Shown in pieces: positions 1-11,100 of a stretch of 64,000 nucleotides of DNA (positions are counted from its first letter, which is position 1; each line of letters opens with the position of its first letter). Origin of the DNA: Antedon mediterranea (lineage: Eukaryota; Animalia; Echinodermata); contig NC_092680.1 in NCBI RefSeq assembly GCF_964355755.1, positions 1,860,001-1,924,000 on the forward strand, written 5' to 3'. The position numbers and the translations under genes were made by a program. The notes under the pieces are model-generated. The model saw nothing but the letters and a program-made list of their open reading frames with translations, did no database searches and was not told where the DNA came from.

Positions 1-587
1 TCATTGTGTAAACCTCAACAATGACACAAATAAATTAGGTTATAAAACAGTAATATCACAGGTTTGGTCACAAGCCAATCGTCGTCACACTGACACCAAA
101 AGATGGGTTCTCCTCGGCACCTGTACAATAACCTAGGCGCCTAGTGACTGAGTTTACACTGTGCTTAAATTACGGAAACAATATCACGTCTTTTTCATCA
201 CAGCCACACTTAATGCTGTCAAATACACCAAAATGTCCCCATGTATAACTAAGCTGTTTCGGCTGATTGACAGAATAACTTTCTAAGCTTCTTCAAATAA
301 TTGAATAAAAGAAGATTAATTTCGAAATTTTGCGACCTTCTTTTTCGTATTATCACTGGTGACGAAGTTGAGAAAGAATGTTCACAAAGAACACTGTGTT
401 GAGTTGACTCGCTCAGTTTGCTTGTGCTCTAGCTTGTTGCGTGACATCTATTAAATGGTGGTATAGTGTGGCGGTTTCAGAGAGCCGCAACATGATGACA
501 TCTCTGCGAAATGCAGCATACTATTCCTGTACATGCGCACCGTACCTCCTCATAAGTAAATAAAAAATAAATAGGTAAAGATATTAA

Positions 588-1130
588 AGATGTATTGTCC
601 CTTGAAACACAAAAAATAAAAAAAATATTCTAAATATAAATTGACCATATCAAAGTAATATTAAAGTTATTCACTTTAAGTCGAAAATTCGAGGCAAAAA
701 CAACAAGTTTACGTAATTAACAGGTAAATTAATTTGATTACATTTCGTCTGGAAAATCGTCACAAGCGAAAGTAAACAAAGATTTCAAACCATTAGTATG
801 CATTATGCATGATGCTAATTAGGATTGTTTGCAACTCGTCGCGGTTGGGAAGGTGTTTTCACACAGATCGCGAAGAAGTTTTATGATTATCCATACAGAG
901 TAGCCAAACAAGCACGTTGCATTATGAGATATGTTTTGATCGAAAACTTTGACTGGAAGTCAAAGTTATTTTTTGAACAAAAAAACGTCTGTATTTCGGT
1001 TAAATTATTTTTTTTTCGACTAATTTTTGGTGAAAGTTAATTAACTATTATGATACTTCAAAATGACGCACTTTTTTCGAAATATTAAAAAATGTTTTTT
1101 TGTTGAATTAGTCAAAGGGACAATACATCT
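588..1130. mobile_element. Non-autonomous TTAA-specific DNA transposon (Kolobok-like MITE)
   Basis: 16-bp TIR AGATGTATTGTCCCTT (588-603) and its reverse complement ending at 1130. TTAA on both sides (584-587, 1131-1134). Purine-purine termini with a TTAA TSD fit Kolobok rather than piggyBac (CC termini). No transposase ORF. Confidence 0.8.
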
Positions 1131-1158
1131 TTAAAAGATCCAAATTAATTATTTAATA

Positions 1159-1215
1159 CAGTGGTGGCGCCAGCGGGGGGCCGGGGGGGCCAGGCCCCCC
1201 CCCCGTCGGGGAAAG

Positions 1216-1255
<40 letters not shown>

Positions 1256-3096
1256 TCGGGGAGTATTGGCCATATTTGTCGGGGAGAAAAATATGATCAT
1301 TTCTTTTCTGGTAAAAAATAAAACAATATTAAGTGTACTACTATATATTTTAAGTAACTGCGGCATTCCATTTTTGACGTACGTACGATATACTGACAGC
1401 GAAGTAAACAGTATGTGGTACGCATTTGTCTGGCGGTGTCTGTTTGTACGAATCTTTCACTCACTGCGGTATACGCGTCGACATATCTGGGCTGTATCAT
1501 ATTACATCCAGGGACCAAAATATGTATTTTTCAGATTCCAGGCGAAAATCGAAAATTCATTTGCAACTACGCATCGACGTACGTTCATACAGGGATAAAG
1601 GTACGAGTTATGTTCTCACGGTTGAGTTTACGAATTGTTTCAATTTACCAATAACCCTTGCGTATATGTTCGCTGTCGATTAAAGGGGTTTGGGTGGGGG
1701 TTCGATTGGGAAAAGGAAGCGGTTGGCCCGAACCATAAAACAGGGTCTGGTCACGTTTCTTTTCGCGCATAAATCTCGATCTAGGGTAGGTGGGTGAATA
1801 GGGTGGCTTACTTCTAAAGGGAAAAAAAAGATGCAACAAACCCGTGACCGTCGCTAGACGCGGATTCGGCGCACTTGACTCTTTTAATTAAGAAGAGTAG
1901 GCTAGAGCTATAGTTGTGTAAATAGGCCTACATAGTGAAAGAACTATTTATGAATTCAAGAGTTTAAAAAGAAAACGCAATTTAAAATCTTCGGAAAATA
2001 CCCACAACTGAGTTATTTTCAAAACACATGCACTCCCACTACCAGCATCACGTTGTCTTAGCTCGCTCCTCCTGTGAATGCTGACGTCATCACTCTCCAA
2101 AAATACACCATTTTCCGCCCTGGTCTGTGTGCAAGCGTTAGCGTGGACCTGTATATTTACACCCCTGTACAGAGTAGAGTGTAATATCGTGAACTTTTTT
2201 CTCGCGTATGAAGGTTTTTTATATAATGGTATGCAGTATAAACGATAAAAAAAAACGATAAACATGATGTTCTTTTATTATTATTTCATAGGCATAACAT
2301 AAACATGAAATGTCTTGTTCTATGTACACGGCCGAAAAAACGGCATTTTATTGATTTGTGTTATAGACACGGCGATTACGGCAATCATCATTGTATACGG
2401 TACTAAATTACATTGAGTTATTCACCCGGCTATAGGGTATATATCTGAGGTTAACAGACCACCAAAGCACAGTCGTACACTAAACACATGCACTATCGAG
2501 GCATTTTTGGATCAAAGTTTATTATTATTTGGAGTGGAGCTGTGGCTTGGTGGTTATGATGCTTGGCTACCAATCTAAGGGTCCTGGGTTCAAGTCCTGT
2601 CATATGTCAGGGTTTTTTTCTCATGACAATTTACAACTCCACTCCCAAAGACTTAATAATAAGTCTTTGTCTATGTAGAGCATCTTGTGTATATGTTTGT
2701 CTTATATGTTCTAGTGCAGTATATGGAGAGCCATCTCGATAGTGCTTTGCACTCATGGCAATCCTCAGGGTGCTGCACCGCTGTGTTGTCATGTATGTTT
2801 GCCTGAAAATTAAATAAAATAAAAAATAAAAATAAAAATTAGTTCGTCGAAAAAGATCCGTATTAATTAGAGTATTTAGGAAAGATTTATTTAAATTTAC
2901 ATTATTATGTGACATTGTTATTAAATGTAAATGGAAACAGTTGCTCTAGCCCATTAAACAGTGTGTAAGCATCTATTTACCCCCTCCAAAACCCACCCCC
3001 GCTTTCGCGCGTACGGCCCCCCGTGGGGGAATTCGGCCCCCTGTCGGGGAATTCGGCCCCCCCCCCCCCGTCGGGGAAATCCTGGCGCCACCACTG
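1159..3096. mobile_element. Non-autonomous hAT-superfamily element
   Basis: Perfect 15-bp TIR CAGTGGTGGCGCCAG (1159-1173) / CTGGCGCCACCACTG (3082-3096). Perfect 8-bp TSD ATTTAATA (1151-1158, 3097-3104). Subterminal CCCCGTCGGGGA repeats at both ends. No transposase. Confidence 0.9.
2535..2840 (+). mobile_element. tRNA-derived SINE nested in the hAT element
   Basis: A-box-like TGGCTTGGTGG and B-box GGTTCAAGTCC, followed by a ~200-bp body and an A-rich tail (AAATAAAATAAAAAATAAAAATAAAAA). Confidence 0.65.
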
Positions 3097-3884
3097 ATTT
3101 AATAACGAGCTTACGTAAAAAGTGCCAGTTACTCGTTTTATTTAGTTGTGTTGCATTTAGACCTACAACAATAAGTGAAGAAGAAGAACAGTACTCAACT
3201 TATCCTTAAACCGTAAGAAAACGATCAAGAAAACTGCCCGATAGGCCTACTTTCCCTCAGCAATAATACTAATTAATGTATGGAAACAATGAAATTATTA
3301 AAACTGTAGGCCTCCTACAGCTCGCAGATTCCTGATAAAAAGTGACGAGTTCAAATCTAGTTATTATTAAATTATTTTTATAATATTAATATTACTATTT
3401 TTAATGTTTGAGTCCTATCAGTTGCGGTCCGGCGGCGAATTAGTCTAACTTTGAAGTTGTATAACGCCCGGTTTTCTTAAAATTGAGGGCGCTAAACATA
3501 ACATTTACGAGATCGAAAAACAGGTGGTAAGCAAACAAAAATGTGCTCTTATACATTTTAAGAAAACCTATCCTCTTTAGAGATTTAAATGCACGATTTA
3601 TCATTCCTAATTTCCGATTTGCCCTTTTACAAACGTCAGCAACTGTAAACTAAAATTCAAACTAGGGTAAAAAATAACTCCCATGTCCTTTTCACATTTT
3701 TCATCTGATAATAAATAACCCGACATTTCATAAAGAAATCGTTAAACATTATTTCCGTAATGAATAACTTTACATTTTTGTAAAATGGTAATTGCCACAT
3801 TTCTAGAAAATGTAACTGTATTTTGTTTTTTATTTGAGAAATAAATGTATTTGATTGATTGATTGATTGATTGATCGATTGAAC

Positions 3885-4125
3885 CATTTAGAAGCATTGT
3901 CTAGATCTGTTCCGAGTCCGCAATATCATTAACAATCCTGAAAATCTTCGTATCGTCAGCAAACAAACGAATAGACGAATTTATCAAATCAAGCAAGTCG
4001 TTTATAAAAATAGAAAAAAAAAACTTGGACCGATCACACTTCCCTGAGGAATTCCGCTTTAAACCAAAATATTTCGGGAAAGATCACTATTTACTCGGAC
4101 ACACTGAATACGACCTAACAAAAAG
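3885..4125 (-). pseudogene. Degraded CR1-type LINE reverse-transcriptase fragment (part downstream of the Rex1 insertion)
   Basis: Minus-strand translation gives GRIQCVRVN...GIPQGSVIGP...FINDL...IRLFADDTKIFR, with stops and frameshifts. Confidence 0.75.
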
Positions 4126-4131
4126 CTTGAA

Positions 4132-6528
4132 AAGCCTGCTATAAATGAGATCGCAGAAATTATCGAAGGTATTGAGTGTAGTCACCCTGAGGCGCTTGTA
4201 ATTATCAATGGCGATTTCAACAGATGCAAGCTCAAGAAAACAACGGCCACTTATTATCAGCATGTTACATGTAAAACGAGGGACAACGCGATTCTTGATT
4301 TATGCTACTCTAGTGTGAAGGATGCCTATATTTCGACCCCACTACCGAACTTGGGCAAATCTGATCATAATTTGATTTTACTCAGTCCTAAATATCGCCC
4401 GTTAAATAAGACATGCCAACCAAAAATTATTAATGTACGTAAATGGTCTCCTGAAGCCGAGGAAGCCCTGATAGCGGAATTTGAATCTACCGATTGGGAT
4501 ATTTTTACGGAGGATGAAGATTTGAATAGTATTACTTATGCAGTGAGCTCGTACATAAACTTTTGTATTGATAAATGCGTTCCAGTTAAAAAAGTGAAAA
4601 TCTACCCTAACAACAAGCCATGGATCACGAAAGGCGTTAACTGTTGTGTGAGAAACGTAAAGCCTTTAAGATGGGCGACTCTAATCGTATGAAAATATTG
4701 ACTAGAGAGATTAAATCTGAAATAATGAAACAGAAGAACATTTATAGGAAAAAAGTTAAACATAACTTCAGGTCTAATAATATGAAACAAGTTTGGCAGG
4801 GTATGAAACTTATGAGTGGTTACACAAACGGTGGTAATACACCCACCTCGATTCCGAATGTTACTGTGCAATATGTTAATGAGTTAAATGAATTTTATAA
4901 CCGTTTTAATGTTCATGATTTTAAAAAAGAAAGAGAGGCTCTATTTAGCTTGTGTCGGGTGACTGAAGATGATCCCAAATTTAGTATAAGCATTTCTGAT
5001 GTACATAACGAATTCATGAAACTCAATTCATCGAAGGCTGCTGGGCCGGATAGAATCCCACCACGAGTACTTAAGGTCTGCTCTCCTCACCTTGATGGTA
5101 TATTTACATTTATTTTCAATATGTGTCTTTCTTATCATGCGTTCCCGGATATTTGGAAACTTTCATGCATAATACCGGTACCTAAGAAACCTAAGATTAA
5201 CAGCATGAATGATTTGAGACCCGTTGCACTCACGTCTGTCGCGATGAAAATATTGGAACGTATTATTTTAAAAATTATGCAACCTTATGCTGAAAAAGTG
5301 TTAGACCCGTTGCAATTTGCTTACCGATCACTCCGTAGTACCAGTGATGCGATTTATTTTAAATTACATAAATTGTATTCACATCTAGATAATGTAAAGA
5401 AAGGCCACTCGGCACGTATTATGTATTTTGATTTTCAATCTGCGTTTAATACCATACAACCCCATATCTTAGCAGACAAAATGTTGAATATGGAGTTTCC
5501 CCGTCCGATTGTTCGTTTAGTTTTAAATTTCATTTGTGATAGAAAACAATTTGTTAATATTAATGGTGTTAAGTCAGAAATCGTAACCTCTGACACCGGT
5601 GTTCCTCAGGGTACTGTCAACGCACCTAAATTATATTCCTTGTATACGGCGGGTTACAGATCTTTAAATGATGAGCTTTGCCCCGTTGTTAAACTCGCTG
5701 ATGACACTAGTACTATTGGTCTCATAGTTTCAAACAATGATGAAAATTATCGTAGCGAAATACAAAGATTTGTTAAATTTTGTGACGATAATTATCTCCA
5801 AATAAATGCATCAAAAACAAAGGAGATGATCATTGATTTTAGGACTAAACATAAATTTAATTTTCAACCAATCACTATCAAAGGTAAAGAAATTGAAATT
5901 GTTGACCAGTACAAGTATCTAGGAATTGTTTTCAATGATAAACTGAGTTGGGGAGACCATATAGACTTCATCAGCAAAAAATTAAGTCCCAGAATGTATT
6001 GTTTGAGAACTTTATATAAATTTAACTCCTGTGATTTGATGTTACTTTCGTTCTATAGATCCGTTATATGTAGTGTTTGGACGTATTGCCTCTCCTGTTG
6101 GGCTGGTAATGTTACCGGAGGGAATAAAGGACGCCTTGAAACTTTCATCCGTCGGGCTGGTAAAATGATTGGTCTGGAACTGCCTTCCATTACCGATGTG
6201 CACCTAGAACACCTCCAGAAAGATTTCGAACGCATTGAGTCGGATGCCTCTCATCCTCTCCACAAAGTGATCATAGACCAACTTAATCCAAGTGGTAGAT
6301 TGAGGCTCCTCAGTGTGAAAACAAATCGATTTGCTAAATCCTTTATTCCCTCCGGTATCATCCAGTACAACAGGAAGTCAAGAAGATAATTTTATATTAT
6401 AATTTTTTAGATGTTTTTATATGAATGGTTTTATGCTATATTTGTTTTTATAGTGTTTTCTTTGTTATTATGACGAGCAATGAATTTCCTTTTTGAGGAT
6501 CAATAAAAGTTATCTTATCTTATCTTAT
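4132..6528 (+). mobile_element. 5'-truncated non-LTR retrotransposon, Rex1/Babar-like (APE + RT)
   Basis: C-terminal APE motifs (GDFN, LDLCY, LGKSDH) from ~4135. RT ORF 4644-6389 with KAAGPD, PVPKK, LRPVALTS, DPLQFAYR, GVPQG, LADDT, KTKEMIIDFR and YKYLG. 3' UTR ends in AATAAA plus a (TCTTA)n tail at ~6510-6528. Confidence 0.9.
4315..6389 (+). pseudogene. ORF2 (endonuclease/reverse transcriptase) of the Rex1-like LINE, one frameshift near 4640
   Basis: ORFs 4315-4692 and 4644-6389 join in different frames just after NNKPWITKGV. Otherwise the frame is open. Confidence 0.85.
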
Positions 6529-6536
6529 AGAAACTT

Positions 6537-6655
6537 CTTGAACCAAGCCAGTAACGAACCAGTTATACCAACATTTTGTAATTTAACAATTAAACGCTGA
6601 TGTGGAACGCTATCAAAGGCTTTTTATAATTAGACTCTAAATAAACAACAACGAG
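6537..6655 (-). pseudogene. Degraded CR1-type RT fragment (part upstream of the Rex1 insertion)
   Basis: Minus strand reads KKAFDSVPHQRLIVKLQNVGITGSLLAWFK, the RT segment that normally precedes the fragment at 3885-4125. Confidence 0.75.
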
Positions 6656-7789
6656 TTACGTCATTAATGTGCATATGCATGAACGTCAATTGAGAACGAA
6701 ACTAATATTAATCTAGCTATAAACGAAATGACCGGATGGCTCATTCATTATTGTAATTGTTTTATGAATTGTATAAATGTTAAAATTTGGCTTATTCGTG
6801 TAGCTCACGCTGTTTGTATTTTATAATTTTGTTCTGTTGAATTACCGTCATCATGGGGTGCATGAATTGCATGAATTACATGTCTCGCTGGCTCGCACGT
6901 TGGCACGGTACCGGTTATCGTGTTTTTTACCGCTTTTTCTACTCGTCTCCGACTCATTTCTCTGTTATAGTCAGCCATCTAAGACAATCTGTGGCTAGTT
7001 ATGTGATCAATATCGAATGCTATTTATAGAACAAGTTGAAAATAAGCAAACACATAAATACTGTTATACCATGATATGTGGCTGTTTAATGGCAACACGT
7101 CCAACAAGAGGATCACAACATATTCTACTTCTACATCGTATATATTATCATTACATTGTATTTTTTGTATTAAAAATATCTTCTTCTTTTAATAAATGTC
7201 AAGGTATTTTATGATTTATGATATATTTTTTCAACTGCAATCAATTGACTTGCGTTATTTTCTTTTTTTTTAATTCTCTAATAAATAGAGTATTATAATC
7301 ATTCGTCATAATGCATCCAAACAGCATATGATTCGTCAATTAGAGGGGAAATAAAAAATGAAATCTGTTTGTTACTGTATCACAAGAAAATAGTTTCAGA
7401 TTTATAAAGCAAAATGTGATTTTCTGAAAAACTCGAGAAGCATGATAATTATCAATGGATACTAGTTGGTGACAAGAACGCTAGTTGATCATACTCAGTA
7501 CCGTTTTTATTCGGGAAACCACCTCACGACCAACTCACGCCAAAAAAACTTGAGAAACATGAGAGTTATCAATATTATGGCAAGGAATAATGAACAAACG
7601 GGATCATTACAAAGAATGAGATACATCATAGTAATTTACAGTCACCGTCAAATTATACAGCAGCAACATTCGAGATGCATTGTCGAAAAAAGTACTTCAT
7701 TTCTGAAAGTAAAAAATAAATAAATTAATCAGTTTGTAATAACTATAGGGGTCTACATTGAATTCTCACCCAGCGATCACTGGGGCAGT

Positions 7790-8070
7790 TACACACTAAT
7801 CCATTCCTTGGACAACCTAACGAGGAGTTTCACAGATGGAGTTTTGACTTAATATTAGTAAAAAGATAAATATTTTGGCACGTATGGCGTTTCATACGTA
7901 TAATTGAGCTTGTAAACTTCAGACAAATATCGAAGAGCCTCGAAATAACTACAGACTAGGCCAAGTCTACGGGCAGACAAACTTAGATTTAAAATGATTG
8001 TGAAGCTTGCGCTGAATCCGCATATACGGCGTTTCATACGTATTACTACTTGAGCTTGTATTTTCAACAA
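7790..8070. repeat. Dispersed repeat family (other fragments at ~24635-24760, ~38015-38100, ~40080-40130)
   Basis: Shared core TTTTGACTTAATATTAGTAAAAAGATAAA..TTTGGCACATATGGCGTTTCATACGTA at four places. Class not determined. Confidence 0.7.
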
Positions 8071-8198
8071 AAATCAAAATAAAAAAAATACAGTAAATAA
8101 AAAAGAGAATATTTAATACAGACTTGGGGCTGAGTTTACATAATTAAAACGGATTATCGCCCTTTTGTTACCTCTACTTACAATTCACTCATAATTTA

Positions 8199-11100
8199 TC
8201 ATAATGCATTTTCAGATTTTGGGTTTGCCGTGGTCGGCAATGACGTAGTACCGTGCAGAACAATACTCCAGCTGTACATCTGACCTATAACATTGATATT
8301 AATATCTATTAGTATTAGTTAATAACAACAAGAGCTCAAACTTACTTCTAAATAAAAGTATTTTTCAAATCAATCTAATCCTAATCTTTATCACAACTAA
8401 CGTATAGGCCTACATAACATTTTCGTATAAACACTATAGTATAGTTGTGTGAAATAAAAGTAACTTCAATTTCAATAACCAATTTCATTTGTTGAATCAG
8501 TACAGTACACCATAATGCCAGGTTCTTAACATAAACGTGCCCAAATGCTTAGGATTGCGCGTTAGTTTGGAATAAGTGCAAAACTACCGTCCGGTTATAA
8601 CTAAAAATTTTATAAAACTAACAAGTGTATATTAAATTTTATAAGATTTTTGTACACTATTATAGGCCTACCTGAAGTTGATGGACTGAAAAAATATCGA
8701 TATCTATTGCGATCTTCCACCTTCAACCTCCATATTCCAAATGCCGTCTCTCCCCAACTATGTGTTGTCAAAAACGGCCAATTCTGGAACGATTTACCAA
8801 AGTCATTTGGTCTGGGTGACAAGAGATTTGACTGGGTACCAGATGGTGATGTCAGAGTAATGGCGAGGTTGCCACGACGTTTGTGGTAAAGGCTGATTTT
8901 AACTTGAACATGTTCAATGTATCGTACGGCATTACTTGTTCCAGCACAACCATTCGTACGAATCTGAAGATACAGGCTATCACCACTAGTGATATTTCTA
9001 AAAGAATAAAGATTCAAATAATATATAGGCCTCCTAGGTGTATAACAAAAATAGTTCATTATAACGTGACATGTCTAAAGCTCTGTCTACATCAAACTTT
9101 ATGTGACAAAAAATGTGATGTGCCCAAATATGGACATGATGATGTCATATTACTACCATATTTGGGCATATCACTACCATATTTGGGCACACTTTTTTGT
9201 CAAACTAGTCACTTTATAGTATAGACAGAGCAGGGAGTTGTTATAATAACAACTCCCTGGACAGAGCGTTAGAAGATATAAGCTATACTTACTGAGGCAT
9301 TCCTGATCCTTCGACAATACACACATGTTGTTCCGGTAATGGCTGCCAGTCCTCTGCCGTGGTCACCATAGATTTAGCATCCATTAAGCCAAATCCAAAT
9401 TTATGTGACACTAAGGAAGAAATTATACATAACATTTTTAAATGACATTTGATAATTGTATACTTCTTTGGGAAGTTTTAAAGACATAGGCATATTGGTA
9501 TTATATTAAGAAGAAACGAGAGGAGATAGGAACAGATGAATAAGTTACGATAAGTCACAAAGATAAACGAGAGGAGATCAGATGAATAAGTTACGATAAG
9601 TCACAAAGATAAACGAGAGGAGTTAGGAACAGATGAATAAGTTACGATAAGTCACAAAGATAAACGAGAGGAGTTAGGAACAGATGAATAAGTTACGATA
9701 AGTCACAAAGATAAACGAGAGGAGTTAGGAACAGATGAATAAGTTACGATAAGTCACAAAGATAAACGAGAGGAGTTAGGAACAGATGAATACGTTACGA
9801 TAAGTCACAAAGATAAACGAGAGGAGTTAGGAACAGATGAATAAGTTACGATAAGTCACAAAGATAAACGAGAGGAGTTAGGAACAGATGAATACGTTAC
9901 GATAAGTCACAAAGATAAACGAGAGGAGTTAGGAACAGATGAATAAGTTACGATAAGTCACAAAGATAAACGAGAGGAGTTAGGAACAGATGAATAAGTT
10001 ACGATAAGTCACAAAGATAAACGAGAGGAGTTAGGAACAGATGAATAAGTTACGATAAGTCACAAAGATAAACGAGAGGAGTTAGGAACAGATGAATAAG
10101 TTACGATAAGTCACAAAGATAAACGAGAGGAGTTAGGAACAGATGAATAAGTTACGATAAGTCACAAAGATAAACGAGAGACTAGAAAGGTACAGTAGAG
10201 ACCTAAAGTATAGAACAGATAGGTCATTACCATAGTATCCGGCTCCGTTTTTTTTCCACACATCTCGCAGGTTTGCTCTTCTTGATGTTTTCACAACAAT
10301 ATACTGCAAATCTCTCCATGACAATAAAGGACTGTAAATAAAATTGTCATAAACACAGAAGAAAATAAGCACAGTTTTTCTTTTCTTATTTAAAAAACGC
10401 ATAAAGTCTAAACAGCAAGAGTTACCTAAGCAAACATGATTATTTTGTAAAAAGCATACACCATCTGGTTTTGTGACCGTGAAAACAGTTAATTTGAAAC
10501 CATCTTTTGGTTAGAAAATGTCTTACTTTGCTTGTAGCGCAAGTGCACATATCCCAGCAGCCAATGGGGCAGAAGCAGAAGTGCCCGTATGTACATCGCT
10601 GCAACCATTGTTCAAATCGGTCGTTATCTATAAGTAAATATTACAACCAATTACAAGATTTTGGATTAAAATTTGTTTCTTTCAACTACTAGAATTTGTT
10701 TTAGTGAATGAAATCCTCTTTAGATCTTATAGCTTTAAACTATATTGTGCTCATCTTTGGTGTGACTATCGTATGATGATAATTAGATCTATTAATGTAT
10801 GCTATAATAAATGCGCTGCACCGTATATTATATTGAATGTCTCTAGAAGCAGTATGGTGTTTATTGAATATGGTGTCCCTTCCTTTAATGAGTTGAAAAT
10901 CTATCTATGGTTTCATGCAACGTATGTTGAATAGTGGTGACATCATTGTTGCTTGTGTTTGCAAACATATGCTCCATAACTAAAACATTTATTGTAGATT
11001 GAGAAGTATCCTATATAGGCTTATTTTAACTTGGAGTTTGCGCATTTTCGTTTTTCTTTTTCTGTTTGTACGCTGTTGATATAGATGAAATTTTTCCGAA

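Noticed and set aside
1-122. Possible minus-strand exon of a gene leaving the window (acceptor TTGTACAG at ~122, ATG at the edge)
   Set aside because: No coding sequence is visible in the window to support it.
1145-1598. Pro-rich and Gly-rich ORFs
   Set aside because: They arise from the poly-C subterminal tract of the hAT element, whose homopolymer length may also be a sequencing artefact.
9514-10180. Possible CRISPR array
   Set aside because: Units are contiguous and near-identical with no unique spacers, there are no cas genes, and the context is a eukaryotic intron.
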